Shown in pieces: positions 15,772 through 24,336 of a stretch of 53,911 nt of DNA. This DNA comes from Patescibacteria group bacterium (GTDB taxonomy: Bacteria > Patescibacteriota > Patescibacteriia > 2-12-FULL-60-25). How positions within the stretch are numbered: the stretch's first letter is position 1; the number at the start of each line of letters is the position of its first letter. Position numbers and translations under genes: made by a program. The DNA lies in contig JBBTQP010000067.1 of the NCBI GenBank assembly GCA_038065635.1, positions 1 through 53,911 of the forward strand. Reading direction: 5' to 3'. The notes under the pieces were generated by a model that was not told the origin of the DNA, ran no database searches, and worked only from the letters and a program-made list of their open reading frames with translations.

Positions 15772-16560
15772 TCAAGGTATGTTGACCGCGCGCCGGTTTG
15801 CCGCGTGCCCTTCGAGATTCTTTGCAAACAGCGCGATTCCGTCTTTATTGGTCAAAAAATACCAAAAATCAGTCTTTGCTGGGTGAAATGCCGCCTCAAG
15901 CGATGCTAACCCCGGGTTGGAAATAGGACCCGGAGGAAGTTCCCTGTGTTGGTAACTGTTGTATGGAGAATCGTTTTTCAACTCTTCTGCGTTAAGGCGA
16001 TCGCGACCGCTGCGAATCACATAATTTAACGTGGCATCAGACTGCAGCGCCATTCCAACTGACAAACGATTCGCAAAAATTCCAGCCACAATCGGACGAT
16101 CTTTGTCTTGCCGCGCCTCTTTTTCGATGATGGAAGCTAGAATCACAACGTCCCGTGTAGTTGTACCAAACGTTTCCGTCTTCTCCGAAAACTCGGCGAG
16201 CTGTTTTCGAAAAAGCCCGTCCGGAAGTTCGTCTTTCCAGACGCGATAAGTATCCGGAAACAAATAGCCCTCCAGTGTCGCTCCTGGCGGCAAATTTTTC
16301 AAAAAATAAAAATCTTCGACGAATCTCTCCGCCAAAAAATCGCTTGGCTGCATATCCAAACCAAAACCTTCGAGCTCTTTTTGGATATCGTAGATAGTCC
16401 ATCCTTCGATAATACGAATCGTTACCTCTTCGCGTACAGGGACCTTCACGGCATTTTTCGCTTCAGTTACTTTGCGGATATACGTTGAAGCGGCAAAATA
16501 AACGACAAGCGAAGCAACTGCAATACACAACAAACTAAACACTATAAAAAAACGCTTCAT
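15772..16560 (-). CDS. mltG: endolytic murein transglycosylase MltG/YceG-like
   Basis: N-terminal TM, LEGYLFPDTY, ASIIEKEA, IAGIFANRL, LQSDATLNYV, SPYNSYQHRELPPGPISNPG. Confidence 0.85.
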   Translation of the reverse strand: MKRFFIVFSLLCIAVASLVVYFAASTYIRKVTEAKNAVKVPVREEVTIRIIEGWTIYDIQKELEGFGLDMQPSDFLAERFVEDFYFLKNLPPGATLEGYLFPDTYRVWKDELPDGLFRKQLAEFSEKTETFGTTTRDVVILASIIEKEARQDKDRPIVAGIFANRLSVGMALQSDATLNYVIRSGRDRLNAEELKNDSPYNSYQHRELPPGPISNPGLASLEAAFHPAKTDFWYFLTNKDGIALFAKNLEGHAANRRAVNIP

Positions 16561-17123
16561 ACGTGGCTGTGCCTTTTCGCGGCGCGTTCCATGTCTCGCG
16601 CGCGCAACCTTTCATGACAATAACGTACTGCCGCAAACGACGCCAAGCCCACAAAAATCCCCGCGACAACATCCGTCGGATAATGAACTCCGACCGCGAT
16701 TCTGGCGAAACCGATTATGAGAGCAATAAGATATGCAACGATGCCCAGTCTGCGATTTACGAAAAATACCGCCGAAGCGAGCGCGAATGCCGTGGCCGTA
16801 TGGCCGGATGGAAACGACGTTGTTATCGGAGGAGGAATAAGCGCGTGCACCGAAAGAAGATTCTCCGGTGATTGAAGAAAAGGACGTTCGCGCAAAACGA
16901 ACAATGCTACCAAATTCGTTACCAAGAGAGCCGTCAAAAATGACCAAACCATCTCACCCGCCGCATGCCGCAATCGCCGATCGTGCGTAACAAAAAACGC
17001 TACGGCGATGAAAGCGAAAACCAAAATCAACCACCGCGCAGCGAAAACCGCGGAAGAAGCGGTAAAAGGATTGTCTAAAACGTACCGCTGCAATGCGTAA
17101 ACAAATTGGTAATCTGAAAGCAT
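16557..17123 (-). CDS. PAP2-family phosphatase (undecaprenyl-diphosphatase-like)
   Basis: SFPSGHTATAFALASA and RIAVGVHYPTDVVAG. Start taken at MLSDYQ (ATG 17121-17123), outside repeat A. Confidence 0.8.
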   Translation of the reverse strand: MLSDYQFVYALQRYVLDNPFTASSAVFAARWLILVFAFIAVAFFVTHDRRLRHAAGEMVWSFLTALLVTNLVALFVLRERPFLQSPENLLSVHALIPPPITTSFPSGHTATAFALASAVFFVNRRLGIVAYLIALIIGFARIAVGVHYPTDVVAGIFVGLASFAAVRYCHERLRARDMERAAKRHSHV

Positions 17124-17130
17124 ATTTTCT

Positions 17131-17208
17131 GTCATTGCGAGGAGGCTTGTGCGACGTGGCAATCTTGTCTGATTAGATTGCCACGTCGTTGCTACTCCTC
17201 GCAATGAC
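17131..17208. repeat. family A palindromic repeat, complete copy
   Basis: Left arm 17131-17165, 9-nt loop, right arm 17175-17208. Confidence 0.9.
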
Positions 17209-17227
17209 ATTATTTAAGTATACCCTC

Positions 17228-17869
17228 TCACGGTTTTTCAGTCTTGTGTTTATATCCGCACGATTTCGCCACAGGACAACGCCAACATTGCGGAGTTCGT
17301 GACACACAGATATCGCGACCGAACCTGACCATGCTGTGATTTATATCATTCCAATAGCGTTTAGGAACAAGCTCCATAATATCTTTTTCAACCAACTCAG
17401 GTGTTTTTCCGCTACTCCATCCGAGACGTCTCGCAATGCGAAACACATGCGTATCTACCGCAACTGCAGGCACTTTAAAAACGTATGAGAGAACGCAGCT
17501 CGCCGTCTTCCTGCCAACACCCGGGAGCGACACAAGTTCTTCGATAGTCCCTGGAACTTTCCCATCGAAATCCTTCAAAATCATCCGCGCAAGCCCCTTT
17601 ATAGACTTGGCTTTTGTACGATATAAACCAATCGTATTAATGCTTTTTGCGATCGTATTCACGTTAGCGGATGCCAAAAATTCCCAAGTAGGAAAAGTTT
17701 TGCGAAACGATGGAAAAACACGAAGAACCTGAACGTCGGTAGTTCGCGCGCTCATAAGAACGCCGAGCAAAGTATCATCCGCATTCCCCAAATCCATATC
17801 CCCTTTTTGGGGATACAACTTGTTAAGAATCTTCAAGACTTTGACGGCATTTTCGGATGTTATTTTCAT
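17228..17869 (-). CDS. nth: endonuclease III
   Basis: HhH-GPD (LVSLPGVGRKTASCVL), catalytic AVDTHV, and a 4Fe-4S cluster CVSRTPQCWRCPVAKSC. Confidence 0.9.
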   Translation of the reverse strand: MKITSENAVKVLKILNKLYPQKGDMDLGNADDTLLGVLMSARTTDVQVLRVFPSFRKTFPTWEFLASANVNTIAKSINTIGLYRTKAKSIKGLARMILKDFDGKVPGTIEELVSLPGVGRKTASCVLSYVFKVPAVAVDTHVFRIARRLGWSSGKTPELVEKDIMELVPKRYWNDINHSMVRFGRDICVSRTPQCWRCPVAKSCGYKHKTEKP

Positions 17870-17881
17870 ATCTAAACAAAC

Positions 17882-17935
17882 ACCCTCCTCTAATCCCCCT
17901 CCGACCCCCTCTAACTCCCCCTTCGTAAGGGGGAG
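17882..17935. repeat. family C repeat, partial copy in opposite orientation
   Basis: ccccctctaactcccccttcgtaaggggga is the near reverse complement of 12969-12998. Confidence 0.8.
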
Positions 17936-17943
17936 AAAAAAAT

Positions 17944-19521
17944 CTAAACCAGCGGCCTCCCCGTCATGTCTTTCGGGATCGGCAGCTCCATGATTTTCAA
18001 AATCGTAGCTGAAACGTCCGCGAGCATTCCGACCGCCGGGGTCATAGACAAATCGCCGCCTATCACGTCGCCGGTTGGCGCTTTCAATCCTTCGTATTGC
18101 TTTCCGACGACGATTAACGGAACAGGATTTGTGGAGTGTTCTTTATCAATCTCGCCTGTAGTCAAATTTTTCACCTCTTCCGCATTTCCGTGATCAGCCG
18201 TAATGACGACTACGCCGCCGACAGCGAGAGCGGCGTCAATGATTTGCCCCATGGCTTTATCAACCGTTTCACACGCGACAATCGTAGCTTTCTCGTCTCC
18301 TGTGTGCGCGACCATGTCAGGATTTGCGAAGTTCAAAACAATGAAATCATACGTCGATTTTGATATTTCCTGCACCACGCGCTCCGATATCTGCAACGCG
18401 GACATTTCCGGCGCTTTATCATACGTTGACACCCGCGGACTCGGAATAATTACGCGATCCTCTCCTGTAAATTCAACCTCAACCATACCGTTCAAAAAGA
18501 AAGTTACGTGCGCGTATTTTTCCGTTTCAGCTATATGAAGCTGGCGGAGTCCGGCGTCTGCGATAACTCGCGCCAAACAAGTTTCGATGATCTGTGGAGG
18601 ATACGCGACCTGAACCGGAAGATCCTTTTCATACTCCGTAAACGAAGTAAAAAAAAGATTGGAAATCGGCGCGCGCGTAAACTTGTCGAAACTCGGAAGC
18701 ACGAAAGCTTTGGTCAATTCGCGCGCGCGATCCGGACGGAAGTTGAAAAAAATACACGCGTCGCCTTCCTTCACGGTCGCAACGGGCTTTCCGTTTTTTT
18801 GAATTACGGTCGGTACGAACTCCTCGTCAAAAACAGACTTCGCATACGACGCATTTACCGCATCAACCGCGTTAGTCGCAACGCTGTCGCTATAACCTCG
18901 CGCGATCGCGTTGTACGCCTTCTCGATTCTGTCCCATCGGTTGTCGCGATCCATCGCATAATACCGTCCGGAAATCGTCGCGATTTTTCCGACTTTAAGC
19001 GACGCAATACGTTCTTCAAGCGCCGTGATAAATCCAATTCCGCTGTTGAAAATCGAGTCGCGCCCGTCTAAAAAAGCGTGAACCGCAACATCTTCCACTT
19101 TTTCGCGCCTGCACAATTCCAAAAGCGCAAACAAGTGTTCGTCAGCCGCGTGCACAGCGCCCGGAGAATCCAATCCCATGAGATGCAACGTGCCTTTTGA
19201 TTTCTTCGCGTGCTCGATCGCGCCGAGCAACGCCGGATTCTTGAAGAACTCCCCGTTTTCGATTGATATGGAAATGCGCGGATAGCTCTGATAAAAAATT
19301 CTTCCTGCCCCGATCGTGATGTGACCGACCTCGGAATTACCCATTTCGCCCCAAGAAAGTCCCACAGATTCTGCCGATGCCAAAACCGTCATAGCAGGAT
19401 AGGAGGTAACTAATTGCTGGAAAACAGGCATTTTTGCCGAATGAACCGCATTGCCTTCTGCCGTTGGAGCAATGCCGAAACCATCGATAATCATGAGAAT
19501 AACTGGCTTTGGACGAGGCAT
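17944..19521 (-). CDS. gpmI: 2,3-bisphosphoglycerate-independent phosphoglycerate mutase
   Basis: MPRPKPVILMIIDGFG, GNSEVGHITIGAGR, and ADHGNAE near the C-terminus. Start at ATG 19519-19521; the track extension to 19677 is non-coding. Confidence 0.92.
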   Translation of the reverse strand: MPRPKPVILMIIDGFGIAPTAEGNAVHSAKMPVFQQLVTSYPAMTVLASAESVGLSWGEMGNSEVGHITIGAGRIFYQSYPRISISIENGEFFKNPALLGAIEHAKKSKGTLHLMGLDSPGAVHAADEHLFALLELCRREKVEDVAVHAFLDGRDSIFNSGIGFITALEERIASLKVGKIATISGRYYAMDRDNRWDRIEKAYNAIARGYSDSVATNAVDAVNASYAKSVFDEEFVPTVIQKNGKPVATVKEGDACIFFNFRPDRARELTKAFVLPSFDKFTRAPISNLFFTSFTEYEKDLPVQVAYPPQIIETCLARVIADAGLRQLHIAETEKYAHVTFFLNGMVEVEFTGEDRVIIPSPRVSTYDKAPEMSALQISERVVQEISKSTYDFIVLNFANPDMVAHTGDEKATIVACETVDKAMGQIIDAALAVGGVVVITADHGNAEEVKNLTTGEIDKEHSTNPVPLIVVGKQYEGLKAPTGDVIGGDLSMTPAVGMLADVSATILKIMELPIPKDMTGRPLV

Positions 19522-19581
19522 AGAGTGCGAATACGCGTCCGTAAGGATACGGCTTGGGTGAAAAGGACACAAGACGGGGAT

Positions 19582-19610
19582 TTGACAAAAACCCCATTTT
19601 CTGCTATATT
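19582..19610 (+). promoter_or_regulatory. sigma70-type promoter TTGACA-17 nt-TATATT
   Basis: ttgaca at 19582-19587, a 17-nt spacer, then tatatt at 19605-19610, about 120 nt upstream of the 19730 ATG in the gpmI-divergent intergenic region. Confidence 0.45.
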
Positions 19611-19729
19611 TCGCTGTTCCGATTCTGTCACAAACGTTCGACAAAGTCGGGCAAAATTTCGCACATACACAATCCAAACCAAGGACTTACAGCCCGCTGT
19701 TTTTTCGCGGGAGGGAGAAGGAAAAAGAG

Positions 19730-21346
19730 ATGACACACAATGACGACGAGCTCGAAACGATCGTGGCACTAGGCGAAGATGAGCAGATGAATCTGCTCAA
19801 CAAGATCCTGTTGGCGCACGGCGCCACGAAGCAAGAGAGCATCTCCGTGCTCTCGAACGAGGAACTCGGCGCCATCTTCGAAGGCGTCGCCGACCTCACC
19901 GAGCTGTACTCCGCGCTCTTCAACGACGTGGCCCCGCATCTCACGGGGATCCGCAAGGACTTCGTGGACGCGCTGCTCATCGAAATCGGCGTGAAGCAAC
20001 ACAGGGCGACGGCCAGCAAGAAGACGACGAAGGGCAATGAGTCGCCCACTCGACTCGACAAGCCAAGACCGAAGAGGAGCAAGAAAGGGACCGCGCCCAA
20101 TATCTCGACACCCGCGACACCACCACCGGCCGGAACGTCGGAGATTCCGGTCTCCGCGAACTCGGAGATTCCGGTCTCGGTGGAGTCCGCGAACTTCTTC
20201 GCCGAGATCGACTCGCTCGGGAAAGCGACCTCAGAGCCACCACCAAGCGTCGATCCGGAAGAAGACAGCAGGGCGACGCAACTGAAGGTGGCGCGAGGCC
20301 CGCATGGCATCGCGCTCCCGACCAACCCTGAGTTCGACGACAAACCGACCGCCGCTGGCGTCACGCTCGCGCGTGCCACGAAGGCACCACTCGCGACTCC
20401 GTCGTCGTCGACTACACTCGCGCCTCCTGCCAATACGAAGTCGGACATGCCGACCACGCCGGACGGTACCGCCGCACCAACGGCTGGGGTGCTGGCGGTG
20501 GCAGTAGCAGTCAACGCACCGTCGACGCCATCGCAACCGGTCCCCCCCGTCTCGATCAGGGTCGATGGCGGAACAGGCACCGCTCCCACGAGTCTGCAGG
20601 GCGAGCCGACGGCACCGATCCCGATTCCGCCGCCGCCTCCGAAAGAAACTGCACCGCCTGCAGCGAATGGGAGGCCGCTCCCTGTGCCGAAGCCGCCAAA
20701 AAAACAACACAGTGACATCCCGCTTCTGCAGGACATGTCACCGGAAGCGATCGAGGCGGTACGGCTCTACGAGGGCGCTGGAGCTGTCGCTCAACCGCCG
20801 GCAGTGGAGCCACGGATGTTCCCGTCGCCTCCTCCGGATCCGCCGGCAGCTGCACCGGAACCCTCAGGCGGCAGCCTGAGCGAAGCTGAACGCCAACGCT
20901 ACGCGGCGGAGGCGATGGCGGACAGGGCAAGCCGCAACGGGTCACCGCCTCCAGAGAAGAAGCCGGAGGCGAAAAAGGAGGAGACCAAGGCGAAAGCCGA
21001 GACTTCCGCCAAGAAGAAGCCGGCAAAACGCGATCTACTTGGCTGGATATTGCCGACACTGTTCGCGGTCGCCATCGGCGCCGGCGTGGTGGGCACCATC
21101 CACATCGCCACGAAGCCGCGGGCGCCATCCGTGGCGCGGGTCAAGCCCACGAACGAGATCTTGGCGGAGATCTCCAAGGCGTGGGGTAACGGTTCCGGAA
21201 CCGTTACTTGTTGGGTCGCGGAGTGGACGCAGAGTCCGCCCGCCGCGAACAGCAACGCTCCGTGGCTCGACTGCCGCGGAGACAAGGAGCAGTGCGACAA
21301 TGAGTGCTGCGACGTCAGTGAGTGCGTCGCAGTGGTTACGAAGTAG
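19730..21346 (+). CDS. GC-rich proline/alanine/threonine-rich protein with a C-terminal TM helix and a Cys-rich tail
   Basis: 538-aa ATG ORF preceded by a purine-rich SD (gggagggagaaggaaaaagagATG). TM helix LLGWILPTLFAVAIGAGVVGTIHIA. Tail CWVAEW..CRGDKEQCDNECCDVSEC. Counted lines give 62-75% GC. Longest of many overlapping open frames. Confidence 0.65.
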   Translation: MTHNDDELETIVALGEDEQMNLLNKILLAHGATKQESISVLSNEELGAIFEGVADLTELYSALFNDVAPHLTGIRKDFVDALLIEIGVKQHRATASKKTTKGNESPTRLDKPRPKRSKKGTAPNISTPATPPPAGTSEIPVSANSEIPVSVESANFFAEIDSLGKATSEPPPSVDPEEDSRATQLKVARGPHGIALPTNPEFDDKPTAAGVTLARATKAPLATPSSSTTLAPPANTKSDMPTTPDGTAAPTAGVLAVAVAVNAPSTPSQPVPPVSIRVDGGTGTAPTSLQGEPTAPIPIPPPPPKETAPPAANGRPLPVPKPPKKQHSDIPLLQDMSPEAIEAVRLYEGAGAVAQPPAVEPRMFPSPPPDPPAAAPEPSGGSLSEAERQRYAAEAMADRASRNGSPPPEKKPEAKKEETKAKAETSAKKKPAKRDLLGWILPTLFAVAIGAGVVGTIHIATKPRAPSVARVKPTNEILAEISKAWGNGSGTVTCWVAEWTQSPPAANSNAPWLDCRGDKEQCDNECCDVSECVAVVTK

Positions 21347-21361
21347 AGACTCACAACCAAA

Positions 21362-21428
21362 GGGGCGCATCACCATGCGCCCCTGCGGACTCCCGAGCCC
21401 CGATGCGTTCTTGCATCGGGGCTCTTTT
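21362..21428 (+). terminator. tandem GC-rich hairpins, the second a canonical intrinsic terminator
   Basis: ggggcgcat-cacc-atgcgcccc (21362-21383), then gagccccgatgc-gttctt-gcatcggggctc (21395-21424) followed by tttt. Confidence 0.75.
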
Positions 21429-21452
21429 AATTATGCTACTATTGTCTACGTT

Positions 21453-22595
21453 ATGATGAACATTCGTATTAAACTCTTTACGTCAACCGCGCTTTTTTCA
21501 TTACTTTTCAGCTTTAACGCTCACGCATCGGAACTCCCCTTCTCCGTTCACCAAGCATCGGTTTGGGTGCATTGCGGAAACCGCCAGGGATCGGGGGTCA
21601 TGATAAACGCGGAAAAAGGATACGTACTCACGAACGCACATATTCTCCTGAATTGGACGACCTTGATTCCTGACTCATGCGAAGTGGGACTCGTAAACGA
21701 CCTTACGTTAAAACCAAAACTTTTTTACAAAGCTAAATATGTTAGATATCTTTTTGATGAAACCAACAATAAGGATTTCGCAATTCTGGTTCTTGGAGAT
21801 CCGAAGCAACAAGAAAAACTTTCTTCTTTCCCGATTCTGAAAACCGATGAGTTCTCAGTCGTTAACGATCCAATTACGATTCTCGCATTTCCTTCTACGA
21901 ATAAAGGCGTGCAAAAAGCTTCAGAAGGAACAATAAGCGGTCTTGAAAATGGAATCGTTAAAACCGACGCAATTATTTCATCGGGCGCTTCAGGTGGCGC
22001 TGGATTGGACGCATCTAGCAATCTGGTCGGGATCGCGACTCGAATTCTGTTGCGTGAAATCGGCGGCGTCGAGGAAGTTGTAGACTATGAACTGATCGAC
22101 ATTCGAGCGATACTCACATGGCTTGATACTTACGGAGAAGACGCGCACGACCAATACGTCACGCACGCGGATTTTGATCGTTACCACGGACCGACGAAAT
22201 ATTTCACGATGAAAAATTTAAGCTGTTCCATGCTCGCGAAAATCGAGGAATCGAACACGGTCTACTGTTTGCACGCCGACGGAACGCGCGCTGTATTCCC
22301 AAATGACGCGACATACCACACGTGGTTTGGAGATTTCTCTGGCGTAATGACCGTCCAACCGGAACAACTGGCATCATATCAACTGACGCAAAACGTTACT
22401 ATGAAACCCGGGACAATGGTGAAAATTCAAACCGATCCTAAAGTTTATATGGTCTCCAACGTTGGAGGAACATTACGCTGGATCGAAAACGAAAACCGCG
22501 CGATTGAGCTTTATGGCGAGGGTTGGGCCGGTTTCGTTCAAGACGTCCCGGACACGTTTTTTATCAACTATAAAGTTGGAGTGCCGATACAATGA
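21453..22595 (+). CDS. secreted trypsin-like (S1/Trypsin_2) serine protease with an uncharacterised C-terminal domain
   Basis: Start MMNIRIKLF plus signal peptide. GSGVMINAEKGYVLTNAHIL (His), DFAILVL (Asp), ISSGASGGAGLD (Ser). The track ORF from 21039 is an artefact of the GC-rich upstream region. Confidence 0.8.
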   Translation: MMNIRIKLFTSTALFSLLFSFNAHASELPFSVHQASVWVHCGNRQGSGVMINAEKGYVLTNAHILLNWTTLIPDSCEVGLVNDLTLKPKLFYKAKYVRYLFDETNNKDFAILVLGDPKQQEKLSSFPILKTDEFSVVNDPITILAFPSTNKGVQKASEGTISGLENGIVKTDAIISSGASGGAGLDASSNLVGIATRILLREIGGVEEVVDYELIDIRAILTWLDTYGEDAHDQYVTHADFDRYHGPTKYFTMKNLSCSMLAKIEESNTVYCLHADGTRAVFPNDATYHTWFGDFSGVMTVQPEQLASYQLTQNVTMKPGTMVKIQTDPKVYMVSNVGGTLRWIENENRAIELYGEGWAGFVQDVPDTFFINYKVGVPIQ

Positions 22596-22656
22596 TAGTT
22601 AGATTTTATTATAAATTTTCTTACAATAAAAACGCCCTTTTGTGGACGTTTTTATG

Positions 22657-22734
22657 TGGCGGGTGCGAAGGGATTCGAACCCTCGATCTTCTCCGTGACA
22701 GGGAGACGTGTTAACCGGGCTACACCACACACCC
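22657..22734 (-). tRNA. tRNA-Asp (anticodon GTC), CCA encoded
   Basis: Minus strand: GGGTGTG..acceptor..CGCACCC-G-CCA. Anticodon arm TCTCC-CTGTCAC-GGAGA. T arm GAGGGTTCGAATCCCTT. 78 nt. Confidence 0.9.
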
Positions 22735-22805
22735 ATGCGTGAATGTGGCAGGAAGATAACATGGATTTATCGAGTTTGGCAAGCGTCAAAACGCATGGCT
22801 CGTAA

Positions 22806-22834
22806 TTGACGAACACGCGAGTACTTTGATAAGA
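22806..22834 (+). promoter_or_regulatory. possible promoter TTGACG-17 nt-ATAAGA for the TA/EVE operon
   Basis: ttgacg at 22806-22811, a 17-nt spacer, then ataaga at 22829-22834, about 30 nt upstream of the 22863 ATG. Confidence 0.3.
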
Positions 22835-22862
22835 TTGGATCATTAATAAGTATTATATCGGT

Positions 22863-23087
22863 ATGCGCACATCAGCAATTGTTACTATTTCTCTGCCGTC
22901 ACGTTTAGCAAGAGCATCCGAACAGGCGGCAAAAAGGCGTCACATAACAAGATCCGAACTGATGCGGACGGCGCTACGTAATTATTTGGAAGAGCAAGCC
23001 GCACTTGAAACGATTCGCATCTACGAGATAGAACGCGGTGGAAAAAAACTTAAAAAGCTCCGTTCGCTTGCCGAACTAATGAGCTAA
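22863..23087 (+). CDS. ribbon-helix-helix (CopG/RHH) antitoxin
   Basis: 74 aa. TISLPSRLARASEQAAKRRHITRSELMRTALRNYL is the RHH pattern. The stop lies 1 nt before the toxin ATG. Confidence 0.75.
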   Translation: MRTSAIVTISLPSRLARASEQAAKRRHITRSELMRTALRNYLEEQAALETIRIYEIERGGKKLKKLRSLAELMS

Positions 23088-23088
23088 T

Positions 23089-23364
23089 ATGGAAGCGCAG
23101 CGAATCCAAGAGATTCTCTATACATCACACTTCAAACGCGCAATCAAAACCCTGTCAAAGACGCATCTACAGACAATCACGGAACGAGAAGTGATTTTCC
23201 GTGCAAACTGTTTTGACCAAAGACTGAAAACACACAAACTGCAAGGTAAACTAAAAGACTGTTGGTCATTTTCGATCACCTATTCACATCGCATAATGTT
23301 CAAATTCCTGAAAAAAGACTGCGTTGTTTTCATTGATATCGGAGATCATTCGATCTACTTATGA
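23089..23364 (+). CDS. RelE/YafQ-family mRNA interferase toxin
   Basis: 91 aa. FKRAIKTL..., HKLQGKLKDCWSFSITYSHRIMFKF...VVFIDIGDHSIY is the RelE/YafQ pattern. Confidence 0.75.
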   Translation: MEAQRIQEILYTSHFKRAIKTLSKTHLQTITEREVIFRANCFDQRLKTHKLQGKLKDCWSFSITYSHRIMFKFLKKDCVVFIDIGDHSIYL

Positions 23365-23774
23365 GCTACTGGCTTCTAAAAACCGAACCGGAGATCTACT
23401 CTTGGGAGCGGCTTAAGCAGGATAAGAAAACCATGTGGGAAGGCGTGCGGAATTATCAGGCGCGGAATAATTTGCGCGAGATTAAGGTGGGCGACCTTGT
23501 TTTAATTTATCACAGCGGCGAAGAAAAAATGATTATGGGCGTAGCACGAGCAACAAAAGAAGCATACGACGATCCGACCGTGCACGAAGGAAATTGGTCT
23601 GTTATTGATATTGAAGCGGTAAAACCGCTAGTACGTCCGGTCAGTCTCGAAGAAATAAAATACACGTATCTGCTAAACGTAATGCCGCTCGCGACGCAAT
23701 CGCGCTTATCCGTTCAACCGGTGACCGAACAACAGTGGAATTTGATATTGAAAATAGCGAAGACGGAGGTTTGA
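23361..23774 (+). CDS. EVE (PUA-like) domain protein
   Basis: MSYWLLKTEPEIYSWERL...WEGVRNYQARNNLREIKVGDLVLIYHS is the canonical EVE N-terminus. The ATG overlaps the toxin stop (ATGA). Confidence 0.85.
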   Translation: MSYWLLKTEPEIYSWERLKQDKKTMWEGVRNYQARNNLREIKVGDLVLIYHSGEEKMIMGVARATKEAYDDPTVHEGNWSVIDIEAVKPLVRPVSLEEIKYTYLLNVMPLATQSRLSVQPVTEQQWNLILKIAKTEV

Positions 23775-23813
23775 CCATGTTTACAAACACGGTGTACACT
23801 TCGGGTACACTGT

Positions 23814-24077
23814 ATGGTCACAAAATTCATAGGACTCAAAGAGTTGCGCCAAAACATGGCCGGCATCACGCGCGAGGCGACAAAAAAACGCCATCGTGTG
23901 ATTGTACTTAAAAAAAACTCGCCGCTTTTTGAGCTGCGCCCGTTGTCGGGAGCCGACACCATTCTTTGGACGTTTCAACGCGAACTGGAAGAAGCTCGCG
24001 AATCAGCGCGAAAAGGAGATACTTATTCAACAAAAGAAGTGCGCAAAATGCTAGGCCTGAAGCCTTATGAGATATGA
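23814..24077 (+). CDS. antitoxin (Phd/YefM-like by position and size)
   Basis: 87 aa, overlapping the downstream RelE/ParE toxin by 11 nt. Preceded by the palindromic gtgtac..gtacac (23793-23810), a possible operator. Confidence 0.55.
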   Translation: MVTKFIGLKELRQNMAGITREATKKRHRVIVLKKNSPLFELRPLSGADTILWTFQRELEEARESARKGDTYSTKEVRKMLGLKPYEI

Positions 24078-24336
24078 GCATCAGTGGACCGTCGATGCCG
24101 TACGTGATCTTGAGCGGTTTGACAGCAACATCGCGGATCGAATCACGAAAAAAGTCTCTTGGTTTTGTAATCAAAACAATCCGTTACGCCACGCGGAACA
24201 ATTAACCGGTCAATATAAAGGTGTATATCGTTTTCGCGTCGGTGACTATCGCACGCTTTTTGAAAAAAATGAACGAGGCCAGTTAGTTATTTTAATGATC
24301 TTGCGCGTAAAACACCGACGTGAGGCGTATAAATAA
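24067..24336 (+). CDS. RelE/ParE-family toxin
   Basis: 89 aa. LTGQYKGVYRFRVGDYRTLFEKNERGQLVILMILRVKHRREAY is the RelE/ParE signature. Confidence 0.8.
   Translation: MRYEHQWTVDAVRDLERFDSNIADRITKKVSWFCNQNNPLRHAEQLTGQYKGVYRFRVGDYRTLFEKNERGQLVILMILRVKHRREAYK

Noticed and set aside
19687-21376. Multiple long overlapping ORFs on both strands in the GC-rich segment, for example 19687-20736 (-), 20556-21128 (-), 20231-20710 (-) and 21039-21452 (+).
   Set aside because: High GC depletes stop codons in all frames. Their products are Arg/Ser/Pro-rich nonsense-like strings. Only the plus-strand 538-aa frame has a promoter, SD, TM helix and terminator.
22652-22843. 63-aa minus-strand ORF.
   Set aside because: Its 3' part is the translation of tRNA-Asp (..EGSNPFAPAT). 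It is not a protein gene.
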